A stretch of 64,000 bases of DNA from an uncultured Rivularia sp. GTDB lineage: Bacteria > Cyanobacteriota > Cyanobacteriia > Cyanobacteriales > Nostocaceae. A program made the position numbers and the translations under genes. Positions within the stretch are counted from its first letter, which is position 1, and each line of letters opens with the position of its first letter. Below the pieces are notes generated by a model. That model was given only the letters and a program-made list of their open reading frames with translations. It was not told the origin of the DNA and made no database searches. The stretch spans positions 4,160,001 to 4,224,000 of the forward strand of contig OY762007.1 of NCBI GenBank assembly GCA_963665115.1, written 5' to 3'. Shown piece by piece: positions 21,580 to 33,097 of the stretch.

Positions 21580-22035
21580 TTATCTAATCTCAATCTGCTG
21601 ACTATCTACTTCTAAAATTACTTCATCATCATATTTCAAATCATCAATTTTAAAAGTAATAATCTCTAAAATATCCGCAGCTTGAAAATGCTCTGGTTTT
21701 GTATCTGGATGGGGATAATAAATCAATCCTTCTTTGACTTCACCGTTTGTGAGCAAAATTCTGCAATCAAAAAATGAAAAGTCTTCCGCTGGTTCGTTTT
21801 CCGCCCATTTGAGATTTTTAAAGGTGTATTTGGCTTGTTTAACAGAATATTGATGGGGAGAAATTGAAATATTCAAAGTTCCTGAAAAATACGGTTGTAA
21901 ATCAAGTCCTAACTCACGAAAGAAAGGCTTTTGCATTTCAATTGTTCCGTTGGGGAAACGTATATCTCCACCTTTACCCGATGCGACACCGTAACCTTTT
22001 TTGATAATTCCTTTGACTTGTAAATAATTGATCAT
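21580..22035 (-). CDS. Hypothetical protein, weak likeness to CTP-dependent riboflavin kinase fold
   Basis: GIIKKGYGVAS...GTLNISI pattern. Confidence 0.55.
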   Translation of the reverse strand: MINYLQVKGIIKKGYGVASGKGGDIRFPNGTIEMQKPFFRELGLDLQPYFSGTLNISISPHQYSVKQAKYTFKNLKWAENEPAEDFSFFDCRILLTNGEVKEGLIYYPHPDTKPEHFQAADILEIITFKIDDLKYDDEVILEVDSQQIEIR

Positions 22036-22059
22036 GATTAAGTATTAAAAATTTATTTG

Positions 22060-22536
22060 TTAGTAATTAAGATGTTCGCGGTTTCTACGTACCTTTACCC
22101 AATGTTCCGCGTCTTTAACTAAATCCTCAATCCATTCCCAAATAGATTTGTAGAATTCTTTAATTGTTTCATTATTCTCATCCTCATAATCATATACATA
22201 AACAAGAGAGTCTTCTTCCCCATTGGCTAGTATGAAATTTGGTTGATTATTGTATCTGGACAAAATGAAAAAAGCATTTTTGGGTAGATTGATAGGATTT
22301 TCTCCATCAATTATTCCTTCTTCTCTATCTTGAAGCACTCGTTCATTTAATTACAGAACTTCGTCAATGTAAAACTCAAACTCACTTTTGCTAATCAAAG
22401 TTCCAGATCGATGTCCAGCTAAAAGGAGAATTTGTTTGTATACATATGGAAGGGTTCCATATTTTGCCTCTATATTTTCAATTTCGGAAACTTTACATCC
22501 ACGGAATCCATATTCATTGGTTAAGCTGCTACGCAT
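22060..22536 (-). pseudogene. SMI1/KNR4-like protein split by an in-frame stop
   Basis: GCKVSEIENIEAKYGTLPYVYKQIL followed in the same frame by ...LVYVYDYE...SIWEWIED. Confidence 0.6.
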
Positions 22537-23246
22537 ATAGTTTGTATAGCATTAGCGAGCAAGATGCTCGCACTACAACCTTTTCAAATTCTTGCATTAT
22601 TCAATTTAGCTGCACATCAGCTTACTACTCCGCTCGTCAACAACCTTGTTTTTAACTCATTAATACTAGAAATCATTGGTCAATCTTAGAATTTATCAAG
22701 TTATTTGCGATAACATGAAAATTGTATTTAACTCGTTTCATTGTTTCTCGTGCAACACCTAAAGCTTCATTTTTTAAAGATTGCTCGCTAATTTCACCCA
22801 GATTTTCAATTCTTGCCAAACTTGTTTGCATTCACCAGCTTTGTAACGTTTAAGTAATTCTTGTTTTGACACAATTTATTTTATCTCAACCACGGAGGTA
22901 ATGAGTACGTTTATTTGTGTAGTCTAAGCTAAAAAACGAGTAGAAATACTCATGAACATTACGTTCAGCTAGAACATAAATTACGAGCAACAGTAAAAAT
23001 AATGAACCGATTCGTGTTTCCTCGGTGGAAAAGTCGGCTACCACTACTTAGAACTGTTTCATCATGTCATCTAAATAATTTATAATTACTTAACAAATGG
23101 TATAGTCGCCATCAGCAGGAAGACATAAAATGTCTGTGATGGTATAGTCCCAGCCCGTGCTGACTTTTAGACCAACGCCGATTCCCCGAATCGTAATACT
23201 TAAGTGTAGTCACCGACCGTTCTAGCACCTAGTTATATAGTCAAAT

Positions 23247-25337
23247 ATGAAAGACCTCACTCGTTATCGAAATATCGGCATCTTCGCTCACGTTGATGCA
23301 GGAAAAACAACCACAACTGAAAGAATTCTCAAGCTTACTGGTAAGATCCACAAAATCGGTGAGGTTCATGAAGGTGCGGCGACAACGGACTTTATGGATC
23401 AGGAGCAGGAGCGCGGTATTACGATTCAATCCGCTGCTACAAGCTGCTTCTGGAACGAACATCAATTGAATATCATCGATACCCCTGGGCACGTTGATTT
23501 CACGATTGAGGTATATCGTTCTCTCAAGGTTCTGGACGGCGGAATCGGCGTATTTTGTGGCTCTGGTGGTGTGGAACCCCAGTCGGAAACCAACTGGCGC
23601 TATGCTAACGACTCGGAAGTTGCGCGTGTTATTTACGTTAACAAGCTCGACCGCATAGGAGCAGATTACTACCGCGTTATCAAACAGGTGGAAGATGTGC
23701 TTGCTGCTAAGCCGTTGGTTATGGTACTACCTATCGGTACCGAAAGTGAATTTTCTGGCGTTGTTGACTTGCTGACTCGTAAAGCATGGGTGTGGGATGA
23801 TTCCGGCGACCCTATGAACTACGAGATTAAGGAAGTTCCGGAAAACATGAAGGATGATGTCGAAACTTGGCGCGAAAAGCTAGTTGAAATCGCTGTGGAA
23901 CAAGACGATGCGTTGATGGAAAAATACCTTGAAGGTGAAGAGGTATCCGTAGATGAGTTGAAGCGCTGTATCCGCAAGGGCACCATTGACTTAGCATTCT
24001 TCCCTACTTACTGTGGTTCTTCCTTTAAAAACAAGGGCGTACAATTAGTACTCAATGCAGTTGTTGACTATTTGCCTAACCCCAAAGAAGTCAAGCCTCA
24101 GCCCGAAGTTGACCTTGAAGGTAACGAAACTGGCGAATTTGCCGAAGTTGACTCAGAAGCACCATTGCGGGCGCTAGCATTCAAAATCATGGACGATCGC
24201 TTCGGTGCTTTGACCTTTACTCGCATATATTCAGGTACCCTTTCAAAAGGTGATACCATCCTCAATACCTATACTGGTAAAACCGAGCGTGTCAGTCGTC
24301 TTGTAGAAATGCACGCCGATTCTCGCGAAGAAATCGATACAGCCCAAGCTGGAGATATTGTCGCGATTGTGGGTATGAAGAACGTCCAAACCGGACATAC
24401 CTTGTGCGACCCCAAGGACCCCGCAACCCTAGAACCAATGGTGTTTCCAGACCCCGTAATCTCTATTGCGATAGCACCTGCGAAGAAAGGAAGCTCCGAG
24501 AAACTCGGTATGGCTTTGAGCAAGATGGTTCAAGAAGATCCTTCCTTCCAGGTTGAAACCGACAAAGACAGCGGTGAAATGATTATCAAAGGGATGGGAG
24601 AACTGCACCTGGATATTAAAGTTGATATCCTCAAGCGGACTCACGGCGTTGAAGTGGAAGTTGGTAAGCCCCAAGTAGCATACCGCGAATCTATTACTAA
24701 GCGCATCGAAGACACCTACATCCATAAAAAGCAATCCGGTGGTTCCGGTCAATTCGGTAAGATTGAATATATTATCGAACCTGGCGAACCCGGTACTGGC
24801 TTCGAGTTCCAGTCCAAAGTAACTGGTGGTAACGTACCCAGAGAATTTTGGCCCGCAGTTCAAAAGGGTTTTGAAAGCAGTATTGACAAAGGTGTTTTAG
24901 CTGGATTCCCCTTGGTAGACGTGAAAATTACCTTAACTGACGGTGCTTATCACCCAGTTGACTCCAGCGCGATCGCGTTTGAGATTGCAGCGAAATCCGG
25001 TTATCGTCAAACTTTACCAAAAGCCGGTCCTCAGTTGCTTGAGCCAGTTATGAACGTAGACGTATTTACACCTGACGACCACGTTGGTGATGTAATTGGC
25101 GACTTAAACCGTCGTCGTGGCATGATTAAATCCCAAGATCCAGGTGCTACAGGGGTTCGCATCAAGTCAGAAGTTCCTCTAAGCGAAATGTTTGGTTACA
25201 TCGGCGATTTACGTACCATGACTTCCGGTCGCGGTCAGTTCTCAATGGAATTTGACCACTACGCACCATGTCCTAGAAATGTCGCTGATGAAGTTATTAA
25301 GGAAGTGAAAGAACGCGATGCTGCTGCTAAGAAGTAA
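23247..25337 (+). CDS. fusA: Elongation factor G paralog (stand-alone, outside the str operon)
   Basis: [41 protein letters not shown]; 696 aa. Confidence 0.95.
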   Translation: MKDLTRYRNIGIFAHVDAGKTTTTERILKLTGKIHKIGEVHEGAATTDFMDQEQERGITIQSAATSCFWNEHQLNIIDTPGHVDFTIEVYRSLKVLDGGIGVFCGSGGVEPQSETNWRYANDSEVARVIYVNKLDRIGADYYRVIKQVEDVLAAKPLVMVLPIGTESEFSGVVDLLTRKAWVWDDSGDPMNYEIKEVPENMKDDVETWREKLVEIAVEQDDALMEKYLEGEEVSVDELKRCIRKGTIDLAFFPTYCGSSFKNKGVQLVLNAVVDYLPNPKEVKPQPEVDLEGNETGEFAEVDSEAPLRALAFKIMDDRFGALTFTRIYSGTLSKGDTILNTYTGKTERVSRLVEMHADSREEIDTAQAGDIVAIVGMKNVQTGHTLCDPKDPATLEPMVFPDPVISIAIAPAKKGSSEKLGMALSKMVQEDPSFQVETDKDSGEMIIKGMGELHLDIKVDILKRTHGVEVEVGKPQVAYRESITKRIEDTYIHKKQSGGSGQFGKIEYIIEPGEPGTGFEFQSKVTGGNVPREFWPAVQKGFESSIDKGVLAGFPLVDVKITLTDGAYHPVDSSAIAFEIAAKSGYRQTLPKAGPQLLEPVMNVDVFTPDDHVGDVIGDLNRRRGMIKSQDPGATGVRIKSEVPLSEMFGYIGDLRTMTSGRGQFSMEFDHYAPCPRNVADEVIKEVKERDAAAKK

Positions 25338-25384
25338 ATTGTCAAAGTGATTTGATTTTTTACTTTCAGTTTTTAATTAAAAAT

Positions 25385-25419
25385 TCCCGACTGACTCTTC
25401 GTCAGTCGGGAGTTTTTTT
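25385..25419 (+). terminator. Rho-independent terminator of fusA
   Basis: TCCCGACTGAC-tcttc-GTCAGTCGGGA followed by a T-run. Confidence 0.85.
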
Positions 25420-25520
25420 GTTTGGTAATTGGTAATAGTTAGAAATAAGATTTACTTAAAACTAAAGAACCTTTGATTATATTTGTATTTATTAAAGCTT
25501 ATGATATTATTGCTTCTTGT

Positions 25521-25946
25521 TTATCCAGCTTGCATAGCATCAACTTTCTTATTCAAACGTTCAACTTCTTCCTGTAACTCCATAACTATAGTATGAAGGT
25601 CTTTCTCGGTCTTCAACTGTGCTTGATATTCTTCTTCACGCTTTTCGATTGTAACGAGCAATTTTTTTGCGGCTTCTCTTATTAATACCGCATCTAATTC
25701 TCCCGGCTTGCAAATATATTGAGTGACTTTTTTCTGTCTATGATTTCTTTCTAGGTAGATGTATTTGTTACCTCTGGTGTTATACACTCTACAACGAAAA
25801 ACTTTTTCTTTATAGCTGACTCGGAAAGATAATACATCAGGTAGTGGAGTATATACCGTAACATCCTCCAATACTATTCCAGGGTCTTTTGCTTTATACA
25901 TACCAAAATCCGTTCTTCTCCTACACGATATTTTAGCACTACACAA
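25521..25946 (-). CDS. Hypothetical protein with C-terminal coiled coil
   Basis: ORF track; start uncertain. Confidence 0.55.
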   Translation of the reverse strand: MCSAKISCRRRTDFGMYKAKDPGIVLEDVTVYTPLPDVLSFRVSYKEKVFRCRVYNTRGNKYIYLERNHRQKKVTQYICKPGELDAVLIREAAKKLLVTIEKREEEYQAQLKTEKDLHTIVMELQEEVERLNKKVDAMQAG

Positions 25947-26098
25947 CCGGCTCGCAGTTAAAAAAATATTGAAAAACTACTTGACACTGTACCTTTTTAC
26001 CTACTAGTGTGAATTTTGTAGCCAAAAAAGGATAAAATAAAAAACAGACGCAATTCCGGCAAGAATTACCACGTCTGTTTCTGTTAAATCATCTCAAC

Positions 26099-26220
26099 CA
26101 ATCGAGATTCAAAACGCCGAACTTTTTTCTTTCAATCAAAAATTCAAAATGTTGAACTTTTTTCAATCCAGATTCAAAACGTTGAACTTTTTTCAATCGA
26201 GATTCAAAATGTTGTATTTA
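26099..26220 (+). repeat. Four tandem ~30-bp repeats with internal palindrome TTCAA-N4-TTGAA
   Basis: tttcaatcNagattcaaaaYgttgaacttt units at about 26099, 26131, 26161, 26191. Confidence 0.85.
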
Positions 26221-26506
26221 AGTATAGTACAACCGAACGTCCCTTGTCTACTCCAGCGAAGCTGTAAAGCTGATAGTGAGCTGCTTTTCGTGCAAAACCG
26301 AGAAAGGCAAAGCGATATTTCAACTAAAGAAAGAATAATAGATTCCCCTGAAACTGTTATAAACCAAGGACTTTGGCGAGATTTCCGCTTGGAGGGAAGC
26401 TTTCCACCGAGGTACATCTAACGAATTTTAGATATCAACTTCCGTTAATCAGCAAGAAAAATTTTCAATTACTTGTCCGCTTCATTATGTTCAGGGGAAT
26501 CTACAA

Positions 26507-27610
26507 ATGGTCATTGCTGCATCACTACAAACTTCAAACTGTGCCCAAAATTTAGGTAAAGCAACTCAAAATATTCTGCACAATGCTTTCTACATCGCAA
26601 AGCAGAAACTAGAATTATCTCGCAAAGCATATAAACAACTAATTAAAGAATGGGGATGGCAGAAGGAAGATAAAAAGTATCTCAAGTTAGCTCGAACCTT
26701 TGAGAAATTCTCTCCTTCGGATTTAGCCGAAATTGAACCCAATACTTTATTTATGCTATCCAATCAGAGCAAGAAATATGCTCCTGTAATTGAGCAAATT
26801 CTCGATATCGGCTACATTACTCAAGAAAAAGTACGGGAATTAATCAATCAGCAGCGCAAACCCAAGCCAATCAAGCCAGAAAAATCATCAATTTGGCGAC
26901 GCACTAAAAACGGTGGAAGATATTGTCAGGTTCCCCCAATTCATGACGAGACGACGGGGGTTGCTCTGCAACAAATGATGGATGAAGAAGGATTAACTGC
27001 TCAAGAAATAGTTGCAGAAGCACTGGCGTTGCGACAAGGGATCAAAGAAGGGCGCTTAAATGTTGAATCTCAGAATCAAGCAACAGAGGATATTGAAGTA
27101 ACAATTTCGGAAGTTGTAGAAAGCGATGAATTCTTAGATAATCAAAGTCAAGAGGTTGTATATGAAGATATTTTCGATTCGGAGCTATGTTTTGAAATAG
27201 ATAATTCGGAAACACAGGAAAATTATGCTGTTTTTTCAGACGACATCATTTTTAATCCAACGACAAATCAAGAGACAGTAGAATTTTTGAGCAAGCAATT
27301 ATTTGTCGCTGTAGAAAATCTTAACAATTTTGGTAGAGCACAAGTTAAGGAAGCCGAATTAGTAACATCGATTATTAATTTCTGTACCTCTCAACCTGTT
27401 TCCGAGCAATGGAATACTTTGGCTGAAATTACTTGTAGGAATAGTAAAGCTTTAATGGTATTGAAGGGATATTCGGGGGAAGAGCATTCAGAATGGTTTT
27501 TTGATTTGCCTCAATTACTTGCAGATGCAGCCTTGGATAATCCCGAAGAATTAGAGTGGGTAGATAAAAAATTGCGTTCTGAAGCGCTGTTATTAATTGC
27601 GGCTCGATAG
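26507..27610 (+). CDS. Hypothetical protein (basic N-terminus, acidic middle)
   Basis: 367-aa ORF. Confidence 0.7.
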   Translation: MVIAASLQTSNCAQNLGKATQNILHNAFYIAKQKLELSRKAYKQLIKEWGWQKEDKKYLKLARTFEKFSPSDLAEIEPNTLFMLSNQSKKYAPVIEQILDIGYITQEKVRELINQQRKPKPIKPEKSSIWRRTKNGGRYCQVPPIHDETTGVALQQMMDEEGLTAQEIVAEALALRQGIKEGRLNVESQNQATEDIEVTISEVVESDEFLDNQSQEVVYEDIFDSELCFEIDNSETQENYAVFSDDIIFNPTTNQETVEFLSKQLFVAVENLNNFGRAQVKEAELVTSIINFCTSQPVSEQWNTLAEITCRNSKALMVLKGYSGEEHSEWFFDLPQLLADAALDNPEELEWVDKKLRSEALLLIAAR

Positions 27611-27673
27611 TTTATTGTTTTCAATTATGAGGATGAGTTGCTAAGGTTATTATGCGGGATTCTTGAATAATAT

Positions 27674-28309
27674 TTGAGAATATTCTTCGTTAAATCGCAG
27701 TTTATGAATAAATCCATCAATGAAACAAAAGTAATTCTAATCGGTGGCTCGTCTCATGCTGGGAAATCAACTCTTGCTCAATATTTAGCTGCAAAACTTA
27801 ATTGGAATTATTGTTCTACAGATAAACTAGCTCGTCATCCCGGAAAACCTTGGATACAAGCAAACAAAAAGACTATCCCAGAACACGTAGCAGAACATTA
27901 TCGGACTCTTTCTACCGAAGCTCTTTTTTTAGGTGTATTATCGCATTATGAGAAAAATGTTTTCCCGCAAGTAGAAGATATTGTTTGTTCTCAGGAACAT
28001 CTTATTATAGAAGGCTCGGCGTTATATCCGGGATTGGTAAAAAATTTAGTTAATGAAAATAGTGTCAAAGCGATTTGGCTGACAGCTAGCGACGAACTTT
28101 TTCAAAGCCGAATTTATAGCGAAAGTAATTTTGATCGTGTAAGTGAAGATGAAAAGTACCTAATTCAAAAGTTTATCAATCGTACTCTTTTGTACAATAA
28201 ACGCATGATGGAATCAGTTGAGCATCTGGGATTTATATCTATTGATGTGGAATCTATTACAAATGCAGAAGAACTTTTATATTTCTCGTTACAAGGTTCT
28301 ACCTTGTAA
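27674..28309 (+). CDS. P-loop kinase, 2-phosphoglycerate kinase-like
   Basis: LIGGSSHAGKST, STD, IIEG; probable start 27704. Confidence 0.75.
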   Translation: MRIFFVKSQFMNKSINETKVILIGGSSHAGKSTLAQYLAAKLNWNYCSTDKLARHPGKPWIQANKKTIPEHVAEHYRTLSTEALFLGVLSHYEKNVFPQVEDIVCSQEHLIIEGSALYPGLVKNLVNENSVKAIWLTASDELFQSRIYSESNFDRVSEDEKYLIQKFINRTLLYNKRMMESVEHLGFISIDVESITNAEELLYFSLQGSTL

Positions 28310-28400
28310 TGCATTTTATGAAGGCTCTGCCTCCCATGATATAAAAAGGCAGAGCCTTTAGATATGCGTTTCCAGGCTGAGCCTAGAAACGAGTTGAATT

Positions 28401-28925
28401 TCAATTTTTCACTCGGTAATTAACCAATACAACACCATTTTCATAAATCTTACTATCGGTAAGTTCTAAAAAAGTCGGTTTAATAACTTCGCCAAAAAGC
28501 GGAATTCCCGAACCCATAACAAATGGATTCACTTTCAAAACGATTTCGTCAATCAAATTTTCAGTAAACAATTTTGTAGCTAAATTCGCACCACCACAAA
28601 GATAAATATCTTTTCCCGCTTCATTTTTTAAACTTTTTACCAATTCAATTCCATTCTCCGAAACAAATTCTACTTTCTCATCCGGACTTTGTTTCATCGA
28701 ACGTGAAAAAACATAACTTTTCATCATCGGATAAGGATTAGTTTTACCTTCTTTTAATCCCACTTCATAAGTTTTACGTCCCATCAAAACGATATCAAAC
28801 AATTTAAAAGACTCGATATAATCATTTACGACTTCACCTTTAAAAACAAAATCGTTAAATGAACCATCTTTTCTAGCAATAAACCCATCAATACTGGAAG
28901 CAACGTAATATTTAAGTTTTCGCAT
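28401..28925 (-). CDS. Dihydrofolate reductase/RibD C-terminal domain protein
   Basis: ASSIDGFIA, MGRKTYE, IYLCGG, GSGIPLF. Confidence 0.88.
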   Translation of the reverse strand: MRKLKYYVASSIDGFIARKDGSFNDFVFKGEVVNDYIESFKLFDIVLMGRKTYEVGLKEGKTNPYPMMKSYVFSRSMKQSPDEKVEFVSENGIELVKSLKNEAGKDIYLCGGANLATKLFTENLIDEIVLKVNPFVMGSGIPLFGEVIKPTFLELTDSKIYENGVVLVNYRVKN

Positions 28926-28937
28926 ATTGATATTTAA

Positions 28938-29516
28938 TTAATCTGGAAAAGCTAAACCACTTCTGGGGTCGCGGATATACAATCCTAAAGTAAGACTTCT
29001 TATAACTTCATCCCATACGGGTGTTAATTGTTCTGCTTGATCTGCCCAAAACTCATATGTAATTAAACACTGAATATTTGAACCTATAGCAATACAAGTG
29101 CGTGAAAAAGCTTCTCGTGGTTCTTCCTGAGTGTCGATAAATTTCATCTCAATCCAGACTATTCTGGCAGTTTGACGTTTTACTGTTACAATTTCACCGA
29201 CTTCAAAAGGATTGCGACTGTCATCTTCAATTATCTGTCTTAAAGTACGCTTTATCGGAAATAAACTCCAGTCTCTATCAGGTAAATGATTGTAAGATAC
29301 CTCCAAACCGCAATCATCATCTGGTGGTTTTTTATCGCAGAATCTAAACGAATTCTCTTTCGGTTCAAAATGCCAATCGTGAGGGACATTGAAACGAACA
29401 GCCCCCCTACCCGCCACAAATATCTTATGCTCCGGTGGAGATTCCCAATGATGATCGGGTTTTAGTTCAAGCGTTTCCTTAATCCACTTCAGATTGCTTT
29501 TCTTACGCTTTGCCAT
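28938..29516 (-). CDS. Hypothetical protein
   Basis: 192-aa ORF, co-oriented with the DHFR-like gene. Confidence 0.7.
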   Translation of the reverse strand: MAKRKKSNLKWIKETLELKPDHHWESPPEHKIFVAGRGAVRFNVPHDWHFEPKENSFRFCDKKPPDDDCGLEVSYNHLPDRDWSLFPIKRTLRQIIEDDSRNPFEVGEIVTVKRQTARIVWIEMKFIDTQEEPREAFSRTCIAIGSNIQCLITYEFWADQAEQLTPVWDEVIRSLTLGLYIRDPRSGLAFPD

Positions 29517-29803
29517 AATTTAATCTGCTGGCTGATTTTGCACTCGTCCACTTTGACAATAGTACCAAATTCCCAAAATTTAGGTAAACTAATCGCTCTG
29601 CTGCTTTAGCATAAATATAGACTTGCACGGGAAGACAGCGATTATGCCTTATAGTCAGTTTACAAATATTAGTAAAGCTAAAGAAGCTTTCGGGTTAAAA
29701 ACAAGAGAAGGCGGGAGATTTATTCTTCCTACAGAACCTATTGAACCATCAGCGACACTAACAGCTTACCTTGAAGAAAGTCTTCCCCTCGCTGCTTCCG
29801 CAA

Positions 29804-29858
29804 GTGAGACCACTCGGCGGTGTCAGTTTCTGTCCCGTCGAAGTGGTGAACCCGGAGG
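29804..29858 (+). mobile_element. Short dispersed hairpin element GTGAGACC...AACCCGGAGG, copy 1
   Basis: Near-identical copy at 30218-30273; inserted at GT. Confidence 0.8.
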
Positions 29859-30217
29859 GTGAGAAAGCACGCTCGGAAGGGATTATTTTCCCGGTATTAT
29901 TAGAAGTTCGACGGATATTAAATCGAGAAATTAGTTTGTTTTCGGGAGAAGATTTCACTATTGATGAATCGATTGGATTAAATGGAAAATGCGATTTCCT
30001 TTTAAGTCGTTCCCCGGAGGTGCTTGAAATTGAAGCTCCAGCAATTGTAATTGTAGAAGCCAAAAAAGCCGACTTAAGAATCGGATTTGGACAATGTATG
30101 GCAGAAATGGTTGCAGCACAAAGATTTAACGCTGCAAAAAATCGTCCTGTTTCCGTAATCTATGGTTCGATTACCAGCGGTACTCAATGGCGATTTTTAA
30201 AGTTAGAAGAAAATATT

Positions 30218-30273
30218 GTGAGACCACTCGGCGGTGTCAGTTTCTGTCCCGTCGAAGTGGCGAACCCGGAGGG
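30218..30273 (+). mobile_element. Short dispersed hairpin element, copy 2
   Basis: Matches copy 1 apart from one substitution and one extra G. Confidence 0.8.
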
Positions 30274-30753
30274 GTCACCATTGATTTGATGGATTATCCT
30301 CTACCACCAGTAAATGAAATTTTGGGAATTCTGGTTTGGATGGTTGAAAATGGTTAGTTTGTTAATTGGATTTACAGCCCTTTGCAGCTAAATGAGGTAC
30401 AAAGCTATATTCAGAAAGTCTTGTGGGATGGGCATCCCTGCCCGTCAGAATGTACTTCACCAAAACTAAATATGCTGTAATTCACCAGATAGCGCCATCC
30501 CCTATATCGCCTTGGAATCAATTCCCAGGCTAACAAGCAAAGTCGTCTTAAGACGACTAGGTATGGTTTTTAGTGCATTTTAACTACTTTGTATATGTGC
30601 CTTGGAATTCCCAACCGAGGTGGTTTTAAAAGCTAACTGAGAATGGTGCAAGTTATCAGGATTTCGAGGATGGTGCAAAATGTTTATTTCTACACAGCTC
30701 TATTTTTAACCAAAATCTAAGAAAATAAGAATCAAATACTTACGGTCAATATT

Positions 30754-31485
30754 ATGACTTTAAAACGTCGGCATTTCTTATACTTACTTGGAATTGGTGC
30801 GAGTACATTTGCGTTAGAGAGTTGTGCGTTAGCAGATAACTCCAAAATTGCTCAAAGTGGTTCTGGTGATATCAAATTACCTCCTTTGCCTTACGATTAC
30901 AATGCTTTGGAACCCCACATAGATGCCAAAACGATGAAGTTTCATCATGACAAGCACCATGCTGGTTACGTGAAAAACTTAAATGCAGCTTTAGGAAAGT
31001 ATCCACAACTCAAACAACAAAGTGTGGAAGAATTATTGGGGAATCTTGATAGCGTACCCGAAGACATTCGTACTACTGTAAAAAATAATGGCGGTGGGCA
31101 CGTAAACCACTCGATGTTTTGGGAAATTATGAAATCCAATGGTGGAGGGGAACCCAACGGTGCGATCGCAAATGCTATCAAGGATAATTTTGGCAGTTTC
31201 AATGACTTAAAAAATCAATTTAACGAAGCTGGAGGAAAGCGTTTTGGTAGTGGTTGGGCTTGGTTGGTATTTAATAAAGATGGCAAATTAGAAGTTATGA
31301 GTACCGCTAACCAAGATAGTCCTTTTAGCGAAGGCAAATATCCTATCATGGGTAACGACGTTTGGGAGCATGCATACTATCTTAATTACCAAAACCGTCG
31401 TAAGGATTATTTAGACGCTTGGTGGAATACGATTAATTGGGATGAGGTTAATACAAGGTTTGAAGCAGCGAAGAAATTCGTTTGA
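30754..31485 (+). CDS. sodA: Mn superoxide dismutase with Tat-like signal peptide
   Basis: KRRHFL signal, [27 protein letters not shown]. Confidence 0.9.
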   Translation: MTLKRRHFLYLLGIGASTFALESCALADNSKIAQSGSGDIKLPPLPYDYNALEPHIDAKTMKFHHDKHHAGYVKNLNAALGKYPQLKQQSVEELLGNLDSVPEDIRTTVKNNGGGHVNHSMFWEIMKSNGGGEPNGAIANAIKDNFGSFNDLKNQFNEAGGKRFGSGWAWLVFNKDGKLEVMSTANQDSPFSEGKYPIMGNDVWEHAYYLNYQNRRKDYLDAWWNTINWDEVNTRFEAAKKFV

Positions 31486-31502
31486 GCTTAAATAAAAATT
31501 TA

Positions 31503-31531
31503 TAAACCCGGTTTTTTGAAAAACCGGGTTT
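31503..31531. terminator. Hairpin between convergent genes
   Basis: TAAACCCGGTTTTT/AAAAACCGGGTTTA. Confidence 0.6.
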
Positions 31532-31593
31532 ACTGATGTATTGTCAATTAAAAAGGAACTTGCTCGTTGATTGAATAATTATTGTCCAAGGAA

Positions 31594-32085
31594 TTATCCT
31601 TTTAGTATTTTTTTCATTGTTAAAGAATTATCGGATTTACTAACAACTTCAAAGCCTAAATGGTGATAAAGCTGCAATGCTGGATTATCTGAAGATACAC
31701 TTAAAGAAATTGCTGGATATAAATCTCTTACTCTTTTCAATAAATCTAAAATTAACTTTGTCCCAATACCTTGGTTACGATATTCTGGTAAAACAGCAAT
31801 TGAGAGTTCGGGTGTTTTATCATTAATATATCCATAACCAGGATTATTAATATTAAGCAAGCGAATCCATGTAGCTCCGATAGCAGTTTGATTAGACTCT
31901 AACACTGCAATCAAACCAATATCTGAAGTTTGCCAATTTTGAACATATTTTGCAAATTCTGGTTGATAAATTATCTTTTTTGGTAAAGGTGTAGTTCCTG
32001 GTGGAATATAAATAGCTTGATATAACATTTCCCATAAAAAAGGCTCATCGCTAGGTTCAAGCGGACGAATAAGATAGGACATCAT
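31594..32085 (-). CDS. GNAT acetyltransferase
   Basis: ELSIAVLPEYRNQGIG, NPALQLYHHLGF. Confidence 0.9.
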   Translation of the reverse strand: MMSYLIRPLEPSDEPFLWEMLYQAIYIPPGTTPLPKKIIYQPEFAKYVQNWQTSDIGLIAVLESNQTAIGATWIRLLNINNPGYGYINDKTPELSIAVLPEYRNQGIGTKLILDLLKRVRDLYPAISLSVSSDNPALQLYHHLGFEVVSKSDNSLTMKKILKG

Positions 32086-32132
32086 AATCTAAATACAGAT
32101 TTTATTAATAATTGCAACGCATTTTTAGATTT

Positions 32133-33040
32133 CTATAACAACCGTAAAATTTCCAGACAGCGACGAGTAATTTTAATGCGAGCAGGAGCAAATTTAATAT
32201 CTGGCATATCAATATTAGTAGCGAAATAATATATTTTATTATTCTGCTCTAAATATCCAACAAACCAACCTGTTTTATCTACCCAACCAGTCTTTGCTCG
32301 CAAGGTATAATCGGGTGTCTTCTCGACAATCATAATGTCTTTGAGCAAATTCAAATTGCGCTTTGAGAAAGGTAATTTACCGCTCTGAAACCTTTTTAAA
32401 AACTCAATTTGTTGTTTGGGTGTAATTCGTAAATCCCCTTCTAACCAAAAATTATCAATATTTTCAGGTTTACCAATTTGTTGATTGCCATAACTTGTTT
32501 GACTAATAAAATGTTGCATCCGCTCGCTGCCAATTTTACGAGCTAAAACTTGATAAAACCAAACCGTTGAATTTTTAAAAGCTTGCCGAAGGTTCGTATC
32601 TTGATTCCATATGTCAAAATCCCGTTGGATACCATCCCAAGTTAGAACAGATACGTCATCTTGAATAACTCCAGTTTCCAAAGCTATTAATGTATTTAAA
32701 ATCTTAAATGTGGAAGCAGGTAAAAAAGCTTGAGAATTACGAGGAGAATTATGTTCGTAAACTTTATTTTTACTTGCATCGTAAATTAGAATCGAACCAT
32801 TAACACCAAAATCTTGAAAAACACGCCCAAAGTCAACTCTATTTGCTGAAATATTAAAATTTAACTCTTCTAATTTAAAATTCTCTTTAACTTCTTCCTC
32901 AGCGTCCCCTTCGCGTCTCTGCGGTTTAATATTAATTGATACGCTTCCGATTTTACCGAAACAGTAACCACAGGAAAAATAGTTAATACAGCAAAACTAA
33001 TCCCACAAAATTTCTGGGATAATTGAGAAAATAAAATCAT
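32133..33040 (-). CDS. Class D beta-lactamase (OXA-like); frameshift between signal peptide and catalytic domain at about 32900-32950
   Basis: PASTFK upstream of the ORF-track start, STVWFY, YGN, KTG; signal peptide from ATG 33040 is in another frame. Confidence 0.82.
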
Positions 33041-33097
33041 AATAGCCCATTCCGTGATTGTTAGTAAATATCAAATCAAAGCACAAAATTAAAGCTT

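Larger units (their letters stand above)
29644..30357 (+). pseudogene. PD-(D/E)xK nuclease-like protein disrupted by two copies of a 55/56-bp insertion
   Basis: Removing 29804-29858 and 30218-30273 restores MPYSQF...ASEKARSE...CDFL...VEAKK...ENIVTIDL...ENG*. Confidence 0.8.

Noticed and set aside
22670..22872. Minus-strand remnant starting VSKQELLKRYKAGE
   Set aside because: Short and frameshifted; family cannot be assigned
26099..26220. Possible CRISPR array
   Set aside because: Units are contiguous with no unique spacers, and no cas genes are in the window
29804..30273. Group II intron or tRNA remnant
   Set aside because: Too short; no domain V or cloverleaf recognisable
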